A stretch of 64,000 bases of DNA. It comes from Candidatus Latescibacterota bacterium (GTDB lineage: Bacteria > Latescibacterota > UBA2968). The notes beneath the pieces are model-generated. The model did not search any database, had not been told where the DNA came from, and saw nothing but the letters and a program-made list of their open reading frames with translations. The stretch is taken from assembly GCA_965205975.1 (NCBI GenBank), contig OZ242195.1, positions 2,592,001 through 2,656,000 on the forward strand, written 5' to 3'. The position numbers were made by a program, and so were the translations under genes. How positions within the stretch are numbered: position 1 is the stretch's first letter; each line of letters starts with the position of its first letter. This document shows, piece by piece, positions 9,254 to 17,500 of this stretch.

Positions 9254-10045
9254 TCAGTAATAAATCCCACTGATATCCCATCCAAAGACAGACACATCCA
9301 CCCATCCGTTATTGCCCTCCCCTCCTGCATTGATCTCAACGCCCTCGCATTCCAGCAACGCCCGCTGATTATCTACATGCGGAGTCAAACACCCTTTTGA
9401 ATCCAGAATGCGATGCAAGGGATATGTCTGTCCCGCCACGCGTTTCATATACGTAGGCAACACGCGATAATACGAACGCGACACCCCCAGAACATCCACA
9501 ATCTGCTTATAAGTCATCACCTTCCCAAAGGGAATCTGCTTTACAACCCACAAAAATCGATCCGAAGTGCGATCGGGCACGGGATCATAACGCCTGGACA
9601 AAACCCTGACCGGATCGCCTTCACAAACGACACCCCCCGTCAACACCACAGCCAAAAACCCTCGCCGATTCTCCAACAATTGAATCGGTTTTACGCCCAA
9701 CGTCCCGATATACTTGCACACCTCACAGTGATACGTCAACCGAACTGTGGCAGAATCCCCAATTTGCAACACCGAACCCGATGGCAAATCGTCCAGCGGC
9801 AACCCGACAACAACTATATTCTCTCGCAAATCACCCAGTTGCAACTTGAACTTATTCAGGGTCTCCATCGCAACCAAAAGCACCTGCCGCGGACCAACAC
9901 CACCTGCATTTGCATCGCCTTCAATGCCAAAACGAGCGCGCAGCAAAAATTTACCATCGCGCGGTCTGGACAAAGGCACCCCCTTCTCTATCTTCATAAA
10001 CAGAGAAATGACGCGCCCCTGTGTATCCATCTGCACACTTTCCAT
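9254..10045 (-). CDS. MOSC domain fused to an MGMT/alkyltransferase-like DNA-binding domain
   Basis: GIEGD, RQVLL, LRENIVV, CEVC and RGFLAVVLTGG (MOSC); VKQIPFGKVMTYKQI...PLHRI (MGMT-like); TAATG coupling to the upstream gene. Confidence 0.8.
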   Translation of the reverse strand: MESVQMDTQGRVISLFMKIEKGVPLSRPRDGKFLLRARFGIEGDANAGGVGPRQVLLVAMETLNKFKLQLGDLRENIVVVGLPLDDLPSGSVLQIGDSATVRLTYHCEVCKYIGTLGVKPIQLLENRRGFLAVVLTGGVVCEGDPVRVLSRRYDPVPDRTSDRFLWVVKQIPFGKVMTYKQIVDVLGVSRSYYRVLPTYMKRVAGQTYPLHRILDSKGCLTPHVDNQRALLECEGVEINAGGEGNNGWVDVSVFGWDISGIYY

Positions 10046-10710
10046 TACTCCGACATCCATCCACCTGCAATCCGCGCCAATTCTTCCATCACGGGTTCAT
10101 CGGTATTTCGCCGTTTCAAAATTTTAAATCCGTGATCCGCGGTATCCACCACGTGAAGCGTCGCGTTCTCCAGATTATCCACCACTGGCTGCAACAGTTC
10201 TAAATTCGCCATCCTATCTCGCTGCCCCGATAAAAACAGCATCGGCACGCGCACATCCTTCAAATGCTCGGCGCGCTCTGTATTCGGCTTGCTCGAATAC
10301 AGTGGAAAAGCGAAAAACACAATACCCTTCAGCCCGTCAACAGGTTCTTCGGCACAAGCCATCGAAACCATCCGCCCGCTCATCGAATGTCCACCGGCAA
10401 AAACTGGCAATCCGCGCGCCTGCTTCATCCCTATCTCTATAGCCGCACGCACAGTTGCCAACCGCACCTTCTCCCCATCCATGCCACCACCGCCCCTCTC
10501 CGAATAAGGATAATTGAAGCGCAATGTCGCAATCCCCACATCGTTCAATGCATCGCTCAGTTCCTGCATAAAAAGATGCCGCATATTCGTACCCGACCCG
10601 TGACCCAACACCAATAGTGTCTTTGCCCCACGCGGTCGCGCGTACAAAGCCGACACCTCACCCTTTTCCTCAGTCGCAATAAATTTCAACTCTCTGGGTT
10701 CAACAGCCAT
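10045..10710 (-). CDS. Alpha/beta hydrolase (KANL3/Tex30, dienelactone-hydrolase-like)
   Basis: [12 protein letters not shown] nucleophile elbow, G-RD, ADHGF. Confidence 0.85.
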   Translation of the reverse strand: MAVEPRELKFIATEEKGEVSALYARPRGAKTLLVLGHGSGTNMRHLFMQELSDALNDVGIATLRFNYPYSERGGGGMDGEKVRLATVRAAIEIGMKQARGLPVFAGGHSMSGRMVSMACAEEPVDGLKGIVFFAFPLYSSKPNTERAEHLKDVRVPMLFLSGQRDRMANLELLQPVVDNLENATLHVVDTADHGFKILKRRNTDEPVMEELARIAGGWMSE

Positions 10711-10724
10711 TTAGATCTCCTCTT

Positions 10725-10838
10725 CTATCCAGGTAATATGAGAAGCCCGCGGCGTAGCGCAAAACCGTACGGATCTTCAAAACGCGTACCGGGCAATTCG
10801 GTACAAATCACTTTTAGTTTCAGTTGTTTTTCTTTCAT
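10725..10838 (-). other. 37-aa small ORF or truncated gene remnant
   Basis: GAGGTG RBS then [37 protein letters not shown]. Confidence 0.35.
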
Positions 10839-10941
10839 GCATCACCTCTTTTCAGAACTTGCACCAAATGATATAACGAAGTATAGTATAGAAATACCAT
10901 TTACGCCGCCCAATTCTTTAAAATATCGCGAAAGGAGACGC

Positions 10942-12300
10942 ATGCAACCCAACATCATCTTGATCAACTGCGACGACCTCGGCTACGGCGACCTCGGCAG
11001 TTACGGCTCAAAAATCAACAAAACGCCAGCACTCGACAAAATGGCTGCAGAAGGCATAAAATTCACCGACTTCTACATGGCATCTCCCGTGTGTTCGCCC
11101 TCTCGAGGCGCCATGCTCACGGGCTGTTATCCCCCGCGCATTGGCTTTGGCTCTTTTGACGGACGTTGGGTCCTCTTTCCCGGTCAGGGCGTAGGCCTGA
11201 ACCCCAGCGAAATCACCATCGCCAAACTCCTCAAAGACAAAGGTTACGCCACCAAAATTGTCGGCAAATGGCACTGTGGAGACCAGCCAGAATTTCTGCC
11301 CACCCGCCACGGATTCGACAGCTATTACGGCATACCCTATAGCAACGACATGGGAATCCAAAAAGAAGACGACAAAAATCCACCCCTGCCCTTATTGCGC
11401 GACGAAGAAGTCATCCAGGCACAACCCGACCAGCGCGGCATCACCGAACGCTACGTCGAAGAATGCGTCCGTTTCATGCGCGACAACAAAAACCAGCCCT
11501 TCTTCCTCTACCTCGCCCACATGCACGTCCACCTGCCCCACTATCCCCCCGAAGCCTTTGTCCGAGAATCCGAAAACGGCGTATATGGCGCGGCAGTCGC
11601 CTGCATTGACTGGGCAGCCGCCGTCATTTTCGACGAACTCAAAACCCTGGGACTCGACGACGACACCCTCGTCATCTTCACCAGCGACAACGGCTCTCGC
11701 GCCCGCGACGAAGGCGGCAGCAACAGCCCTTTGCGCGCCACCAAAGGCACCACCTGGGAAGGCGGACAGCGCGTACCATGCCTCATGCGATGGCCCGGCA
11801 AAATCCCCGCGGGCGAAGTGTGCAGCGAACTGACGCTATCCATGGACTTTTACCCCACACTTGCAGCCCTCGGCGGAGCAGAAGTACCCACCGACCGCAT
11901 CATCGACGGCAAAGACATCCGCCCGTTCATGTTCGCAGAAAAAGGCACCACATCGCAACACGAATCCTTCTTTTACTACAAACGCAACAGCATCGAAGCC
12001 GTGCGGAGCGGCAAATGGAAACTCCACATCCGCAAAGACGACCAGGAAATCCAGGAACTCTACGACCTCGAAGCCGACATCGGCGAAACCAATGACATAA
12101 GCGAACAACACCCCGATATCGTGCGGGATCTCAGAGCGCAAATTGACGCCTGCCGCAAAGACCTCGGCGACGATGCCGCGGGCATCACAGGCGAAAACAC
12201 CCGCCCCGCCGGCCGCGTTGAAAACCCCGACACCCTCACACATCTCGACCGCGACCATCCCTATATGATCGCCATTTACGACCTCAAAGAACGGGGTTAA
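10942..12300 (+). CDS. Arylsulfatase (S1 family, Cys-type)
   Basis: DDLGYGD, CSPSR, GKWHCG, SDNG and WEGGQRVP motifs; AAGGAG RBS. Confidence 0.93.
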   Translation: MQPNIILINCDDLGYGDLGSYGSKINKTPALDKMAAEGIKFTDFYMASPVCSPSRGAMLTGCYPPRIGFGSFDGRWVLFPGQGVGLNPSEITIAKLLKDKGYATKIVGKWHCGDQPEFLPTRHGFDSYYGIPYSNDMGIQKEDDKNPPLPLLRDEEVIQAQPDQRGITERYVEECVRFMRDNKNQPFFLYLAHMHVHLPHYPPEAFVRESENGVYGAAVACIDWAAAVIFDELKTLGLDDDTLVIFTSDNGSRARDEGGSNSPLRATKGTTWEGGQRVPCLMRWPGKIPAGEVCSELTLSMDFYPTLAALGGAEVPTDRIIDGKDIRPFMFAEKGTTSQHESFFYYKRNSIEAVRSGKWKLHIRKDDQEIQELYDLEADIGETNDISEQHPDIVRDLRAQIDACRKDLGDDAAGITGENTRPAGRVENPDTLTHLDRDHPYMIAIYDLKERG

Positions 12301-12301
12301 T

Positions 12302-13051
12302 ATGGCCCTTACACCCGAACAAATCGCCGAGTTCAAAGCATTGGGATATGTCCTCGTGCCCAATCTAATCGATCCCCCGGTATTGGACAATTGGCGCGCG
12401 CAAATTCGCGCCAAATTCGGCGATCTCTCTGACCCCGTCCAACAAAACGCCGCAGGACCGCCCCAACAACACCGCAAAGACATCACCATATTGAGAGGCT
12501 TTCGCTTTTCCCCAAAAGAAACACAACTCGTCAACCAGCCCAAAGTCAAAGCCATTGTCGATCACATGGGCGGCGGGCAATTTTGCGGAGAAGACGGCAA
12601 CCTGCGCCTGCTCTGGCCCGAACTCAAAAGCGAATGGTGCTTGCCAGAGCGCGGGCACATCGACGGTTATCTCGGCAGACGGCGCACCATGCCTTTTCTC
12701 CTCGGATTGGCGACCTATATCTACGACGTAGAACCGCGCGGCGGAGGCACGGTCTTCTGGCCACGCAGCCATATCAAATCATGGGAATTTCTTCGCAAAC
12801 ACCCCGATCACCTCAACCACAGCTTTAGAGAACACTCCGAATATCTCAACCTGGTCAAAGATATTCAACCCGTTGAACTGCATGCAAAAGCAGGCGATGT
12901 CATCTTCTGGCACTGCAACATCCTGCACGAAACCTCTCAAAACACCAGCAACAACATCCGCTATGGTCTTTTCGCCCGCCTCCCTCACAAAGACCAGGAG
13001 ACATTCCGAGACGAAATACCCGATGACCTCTGGAAACGCTGGCGAATATAG
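12302..13051 (+). CDS. Phytanoyl-CoA dioxygenase (PhyH)-family Fe/2OG oxygenase
   Basis: GHIDG, GGGT-FWP-SH, AGDVIFWH-ILH and distal Arg. Confidence 0.82.
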   Translation: MALTPEQIAEFKALGYVLVPNLIDPPVLDNWRAQIRAKFGDLSDPVQQNAAGPPQQHRKDITILRGFRFSPKETQLVNQPKVKAIVDHMGGGQFCGEDGNLRLLWPELKSEWCLPERGHIDGYLGRRRTMPFLLGLATYIYDVEPRGGGTVFWPRSHIKSWEFLRKHPDHLNHSFREHSEYLNLVKDIQPVELHAKAGDVIFWHCNILHETSQNTSNNIRYGLFARLPHKDQETFRDEIPDDLWKRWRI

Positions 13052-13105
13052 GTAAGCGGTGAGAGGGCCTCACACAAAGACACGAAGAACACGAAGGGAT
13101 AGAAT

Positions 13106-13166
13106 GTAGGGGCGATCCGTGAACTGGTCTGGACTGCGACCAGTTGTACACCGCCCGTGGTCGCCC
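13106..13166 (+). repeat. GTAG-type REP interrupted by TGAACTGG-hairpin mini-element copy 2 (13120-13154)
   Basis: GTAGGGGCGATCCG [TGAACTGGTCTGGACTGCGACCAGTTGTACACCGC] CCGTGGTCGCCC. Confidence 0.75.
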
Positions 13167-13242
13167 ATTTCTAAGATACAAGAGGTAAGAAAAGCAACCA
13201 TAGCAAAAAAATAAAGCCAAGTTAGCTGGTGAACCTGGCCGT

Positions 13243-13278
13243 TCAAAGAGCACTCGTATCAAAAAAACAAACCGCCAT
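13243..13278 (-). pseudogene. Truncated VapC (PIN) toxin N-terminus
   Basis: MAVCFFDTSAL* coupled by TAATG to the upstream ORF; ERPGS follows out of frame. Confidence 0.65.
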
Positions 13279-13571
13279 TACCGTTCATATCTTCCTTCAC
13301 TCACAATCTTTGCCATAGACCCTTTGAACTTAGAAGTGATCCTGAGCACTTCCCTCATTGAGGCCGCGTCATCCGCAGTTTCGCGGCTCAAATCCAATCC
13401 CCACAAATCATCCTCATGCAGATCGTCCAATGGTTCCCGAGAATGATTGGCTTCTTCGAGTTGCTTTTCAAGCCTTCGCTTAACTTCCTTCAGATCATCG
13501 GGGGGAAGTTTACAGAGGGTATCAATGAGTTTTTCAAGGTTACGATCGGCGTCTTTGTCAATACCAGTCAT
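13278..13571 (-). CDS. Hypothetical protein, probable VapB-like antitoxin
   Basis: 97 aa, acidic, GGAG RBS, ends KGSMAKIVSEGRYER, coupled to the VapC remnant. Confidence 0.6.
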   Translation of the reverse strand: MTGIDKDADRNLEKLIDTLCKLPPDDLKEVKRRLEKQLEEANHSREPLDDLHEDDLWGLDLSRETADDAASMREVLRITSKFKGSMAKIVSEGRYER

Positions 13572-14006
13572 CTTTTCTCCTAAAAAATTTGGCAATGGCT
13601 TTATAGACCACCTTTAATACGATACCATACTTCTGAAATGAAGCAACCAGGAAACAAAAAGGATTCGCGCCAACAAGTAAATAGTTACTAACTCACGTTA
13701 CTCAAGAACCACCACCTGGTCAAGCGGTACATATCTTTCACCTGACTGCCCATTCATGGCTCAAAATGTACCCTCTCGCCTTTCATCTGTGCCCTTTCCT
13801 GTTTTCACAAGGACATGCCTGCGGATTAAATTCAAGTTGTGAACAAGTATGCAATACAGCATATTTAAAGCACAATGTAGTGTTCAGGCGTCTTGCCATG
13901 CCAATGTAACATCGCTCAATTCTGTGATAATTTCATTTTTGGCCTGATATTTGCTTTGTGTCTGAGTGTCCCACGCACTCACCCCATCAGACGCGAGGCA
14001 TCTTAC

Positions 14007-14915
14007 ATGGCAGATATTGACACCATATCCAAATACCTCATTCAACACTATCCCGACCACTTCGTACGCTTCGCCCTCGCGCGAGACGACGTCGAGGTCA
14101 TTGAGATCATCGAAACAGAGCAACCCACGGTCAGGGCACGCCGAGCAGACAGCTTCATTCGCGTGCGAATCGATGGTCAGGAGACATTAGTCCACAACGA
14201 GTTTCAAACGACCGACAGCACCAATCCACCCATGCCGCGTCGCATGGCTGGCTATATCGGACACGCCATTGAGCATCATGGTCTGCCGATCTATTCCAAT
14301 GTCATCTACCTGCGTCCCAATGCGGGACAGAACGATCTGGGATATTACATCCAGGAGGTTCCCGGCTACGAAATCGCGATTCGGTATCGCGTGATCAGAC
14401 TGATCGAGATAGAAGGCCAACCCATCCTGAGCACGGGGCATTCGGGGCTGATCCCTTTCACGCCATTGATGAAGCCACCTGACGGGATGGCCTCTGATGC
14501 GTGGTTGCATCAGTGTATTCACACGGCTCGGACGCGCCCCATCGCTCGGTTATATAGGGCGGATTATCTCGCTGGCATGGTGGCCTTGAGCGAGTTGGTG
14601 TATGATTCTGAAACCATTTCTGCTGTTATTTTTCAGGAGGACATCATGGATATCATCCGCGAATCATCTCTTTTTCAATCCCTTACCCAACAAAGCAGAG
14701 AGGAAGCCAGAGAGCAGGGCCTTGAGCAGGGGGTCAGGCAACGTGCCATTGAAGATCTTCTCGACGTGCTGGAGATTCGATTTGATATGCCCGAGACACA
14801 CCCCCTATCCACTCGCATTGCCGCCATTGACGATTTACAACGCCTCAAGCAGTTGCTCCGTGCGGCGGTACAGGTGCCCGATCTCGACGCATTTCAGCGC
14901 GTATTAGATGCGTAA
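14007..14915 (+). CDS. Rpn-family (recombination-promoting nuclease/putative transposase) PD-(D/E)XK protein
   Basis: RRADSF, HNEFQT and MPRRMAGY motifs; REQGLEQG coiled repeat; LLDVLEIRF C-terminal domain. Confidence 0.85.
   Translation: MADIDTISKYLIQHYPDHFVRFALARDDVEVIEIIETEQPTVRARRADSFIRVRIDGQETLVHNEFQTTDSTNPPMPRRMAGYIGHAIEHHGLPIYSNVIYLRPNAGQNDLGYYIQEVPGYEIAIRYRVIRLIEIEGQPILSTGHSGLIPFTPLMKPPDGMASDAWLHQCIHTARTRPIARLYRADYLAGMVALSELVYDSETISAVIFQEDIMDIIRESSLFQSLTQQSREEAREQGLEQGVRQRAIEDLLDVLEIRFDMPETHPLSTRIAAIDDLQRLKQLLRAAVQVPDLDAFQRVLDA
14646..14915 (+). CDS. Predicted intragenic small Rpn isoform (RpnS-like antitoxin), 89 aa
   Basis: AGGAGG at 14635-14640, 5 nt before in-frame ATG 14646. 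Confidence 0.6.
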   Translation: MDIIRESSLFQSLTQQSREEAREQGLEQGVRQRAIEDLLDVLEIRFDMPETHPLSTRIAAIDDLQRLKQLLRAAVQVPDLDAFQRVLDA

Positions 14916-14969
14916 CGTGATTTCCATAAGCCTGACGAGATACAGGGACACCGCGTAACATCTTACCTC

Positions 14970-14998
14970 TTGACCCCAAAAACTCAGATATTTATACT
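14970..14998 (+). promoter_or_regulatory. Sigma70-like promoter, copy 1 of a duplicated segment
   Basis: TTGACC-17 bp-TATACT. Confidence 0.65.
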
Positions 14999-15214
14999 TT
15001 CTGTGAGACGCTCACCTTTGAACGAGGACATCTCTAAACGATGCCTGAAGTTATGCTCATCCATCTTTGATCTCCTTCTCACTACTTTTCTGTCTGTTTA
15101 CTGGTTTTTCTCAATCACCCCTGATGAGTCTGAAATATAGCCAAGATCATTTGAAAATTCGATTTTTTTTTACGATCTTTCCCTCCAGCCTCAGTATCAG
15201 CCCCTAACTTTCTC

Positions 15215-15243
15215 TTGACCCCGAAAATTCAGACATTTATACT
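15215..15243 (+). promoter_or_regulatory. Sigma70-like promoter of the selenoprotein gene (copy 2)
   Basis: TTGACC-17 bp-TATACT, ending about 38 nt before ATG 15282. Confidence 0.72.
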
Positions 15244-15281
15244 CCCTTTGAGACACTCTTCACCACAAAAGGAGATTTAAC

Positions 15282-15632
15282 ATGTCAAAAATCACCATCT
15301 ATCACAACCCCAACTGAAGCAAATCCAATGGCGCAATGGACATATTGCGCGCTGGCAACGTCGAGTTCGACGTCATTGAATACTTGAAAACACCGCTGAG
15401 CGAACAGGACTTGAGAAAATTTCTCGCACTCCTGCCCGGTGAACCCAAAGACATGATCCACCCCAGTTCGTTCGAAAAACTGGGACGCGACATAGATGAC
15501 TACAACACCCCCGATGCACTCGTCGGCTTACTTTTGGAACATCCCGAAGTCATGAATCGCCCCGTGTGTATCCTCGGAGACCGTGCAGTCATTGCCCGTC
15601 CCTCAGAAGCCGTACATGAACTCCTTACATAA
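15282..15632 (+). CDS. arsC: ArsC-family (glutaredoxin-type) selenoprotein, Sec at residue 12
   Basis: AAGGAG RBS; MSKITIYHNPN-TGA-SKS continues in frame into the ORF-track protein (IEYLKTP, MNRP, ARP); hairpin downstream of UGA. Confidence 0.85.
15325..15355 (+). promoter_or_regulatory. Candidate bacterial SECIS element
   Basis: GCGCAAT(G)-GACA-(T)ATTGCGC stem-loop at 15331-15350, loop about 21 nt after UGA and starting with G; CCA/TGG lower pairing. Confidence 0.65.
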
Positions 15633-15638
15633 AAAAAC

Positions 15639-15675
15639 AGCCGCCGAGACCTGAACCTCGGCGGCTATTTCTTTT
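15639..15675. terminator. Bidirectional intrinsic terminator
   Basis: AGCCGCCGAG/CTCGGCGGCT stem flanked by A and T tracts. Confidence 0.8.
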
Positions 15676-15687
15676 CCATCTTATAAC

Positions 15688-16476
15688 TCACGCACCCTCC
15701 ACCGCTTTTCTCAGCTCATCGCCATTGCTTCGCCACCACGAATGCAAAACTGAGATATCCACCCCGATATTGAAATGCCGCACACCCATATCGAGATATT
15801 CCTTTGCCTCATCGGGTGACATAATCTCTGCGCGGGGATGCACACCCATACTCAGCGCAGTCTTAAACACCTCATTCCTCGCATCTGCCACTGCGGGATC
15901 ACCGCGCTGCCCCGCCTTGCCAACACTCATCGAATAATCCGAAGGCCCCCATTGCACCATATCCACGCCTGGAACCGAAAGAATCGACTCCAGATTTTCC
16001 ACCGCCTCCTTCTTTTCGATCATCAAAACCACAACCGTCTCCCGCATCGCCTTCACATACTCAGGCCCCCCGCCATATCCCATATACGTATTGCGCCGCG
16101 TGTACACACTGTACAAACCGCCATCCTCCGGCGTATCTGGAAGCGTCACGCGCACACATTCCTTCGCATCTTCTTCAGTGCGACAATCCGTAAACAAAAT
16201 ACTCCCAAAACCAGACCCGATTGCCCGCTGCGACAAAAAGTACTGATGGCTGCGATCAATTTTGAACATCATACCCATATTGTACAACTCGGCTGCCCGA
16301 CACAAATTGTCGAGATCGTAGAGATCAAACGTACCGTATTCGCCAACGTATTCGACATAGTCGTAAAGTCCCGTATGTCCAATCGCCTCAACAATCGCTG
16401 GCCAACTCGAATGAATCCGCGTGCCAATCGTGGGTTCGCCCGCATCCAATTTTTCTCTAATTCTATTGGGTTTCAA
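15688..16476 (-). CDS. HpcH/HpaI aldolase-family protein
   Basis: VVLMIE...VPGVDMVQWGPSDYSMS; TTG start with AGGAG RBS. Confidence 0.88.
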   Translation of the reverse strand: MKPNRIREKLDAGEPTIGTRIHSSWPAIVEAIGHTGLYDYVEYVGEYGTFDLYDLDNLCRAAELYNMGMMFKIDRSHQYFLSQRAIGSGFGSILFTDCRTEEDAKECVRVTLPDTPEDGGLYSVYTRRNTYMGYGGGPEYVKAMRETVVVLMIEKKEAVENLESILSVPGVDMVQWGPSDYSMSVGKAGQRGDPAVADARNEVFKTALSMGVHPRAEIMSPDEAKEYLDMGVRHFNIGVDISVLHSWWRSNGDELRKAVEGA

Positions 16477-16501
16477 AATAAACTCCTTTGTGAGTGGTTA
16501 A

Positions 16502-17392
16502 TCACCCAAACAACGACTGAAAAACTCGCTTTGTCTTCTCCAACACATCTTCAGGTAATACTTCTCCATCTGAAATTTTCACATTATCCGCGAGATGATC
16601 CACATTGGTCGATCCCACAATAGCAGTACACACATCTTCGTGAGACAGCGTAAACCGCAACGCAAATTCAATCAGCGGCATATCGCCCGCCAATTCCCGC
16701 AACGGCATCTGCTGTGCCCGATCCCACGGATCGCCCATATACGAACCGTCTGGCCGGTCGGACATGAGATACACCCCATTGGCAATCGGACGCTTGATAA
16801 TCGTCCCCATATCCCGGTCGCGCAAAGTCGGCATCAAATTTTCAGCAGACTCCTGGAACAACACATTGTACGTAAACTCCTGCGTATCCAAATCCCACCT
16901 CTGCGCCGCCTCAGCCGCAGCCGACCCATCAGCCGATACACCGACAAACTTCGTCCATCCCCTATCCTTAGCTTCCAACAGCGCATCAAACGCCGCATCC
17001 CAATCGTCCGCTTCTCCCGGCAACCCGTGAAATTGCACAATATCGATCACATCCATCTTCAGCTTTGCTCGACTCGTATCAATCGTCCTCAAAATACCCT
17101 CGGGCGAATAATCCTTTACAACCTTGCGCTTGCCGCCATTGATCACCTGATAATCGCCGCACTTTGTCGCCAGAACAAAATCGTCCTGCCGATGGGCGAT
17201 AAACTTCCCGATCCGCTCTTCGCTATCGCCATACATCGCAGCCGTATCGATAAATGTGATACCCAAATCGAGCACCGTGTTCAGCACCACTTCGACCTGC
17301 GATTCCAGCAACGATGGATTCCCAATCTGCGCTGCGCCAAAACCGATCTCCGAGACCTGCAAACCCGTCTTTCCCAATGTCCGAAATTTCAT
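16502..17392 (-). CDS. Aldo/keto reductase
   Basis: LGKTGLQVSEIGFG, IDTAAMYG, ATK and IDIVQFH motifs. Confidence 0.9.
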   Translation of the reverse strand: MKFRTLGKTGLQVSEIGFGAAQIGNPSLLESQVEVVLNTVLDLGITFIDTAAMYGDSEERIGKFIAHRQDDFVLATKCGDYQVINGGKRKVVKDYSPEGILRTIDTSRAKLKMDVIDIVQFHGLPGEADDWDAAFDALLEAKDRGWTKFVGVSADGSAAAEAAQRWDLDTQEFTYNVLFQESAENLMPTLRDRDMGTIIKRPIANGVYLMSDRPDGSYMGDPWDRAQQMPLRELAGDMPLIEFALRFTLSHEDVCTAIVGSTNVDHLADNVKISDGEVLPEDVLEKTKRVFQSLFG

Positions 17393-17500
17393 CTCATTTT
17401 ACCTTCACATATTCCGATATTTGCACAAGCCACCCAAATGTCGTATATAATACAACCAAAATCCACCAAAACCACCAAAAAATCTCCAGGACAAATCCAA

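Noticed and set aside
13620..13890. Degraded minus-strand reading frame with an in-frame TGA
   Set aside because: Too short and no recognisable family or SECIS; cannot support a call
15121..15160. CTGATGAG...GAAA hammerhead-like string
   Set aside because: Stem II is mismatched (GTCT/AGCC), it is not followed by GAAA, and no stems I or III were found; at most a degenerate relic
15336..15632. ORF-track start for the ArsC-like protein
   Set aside because: Omits the HNPx(C/U) active site and has no RBS; the true start is 15282 with UGA read-through
16595..17500. N-terminal extension making a 791-aa sulfatase
   Set aside because: Antisense shadow of the aldo/keto reductase; the sulfatase motif starts at 17501
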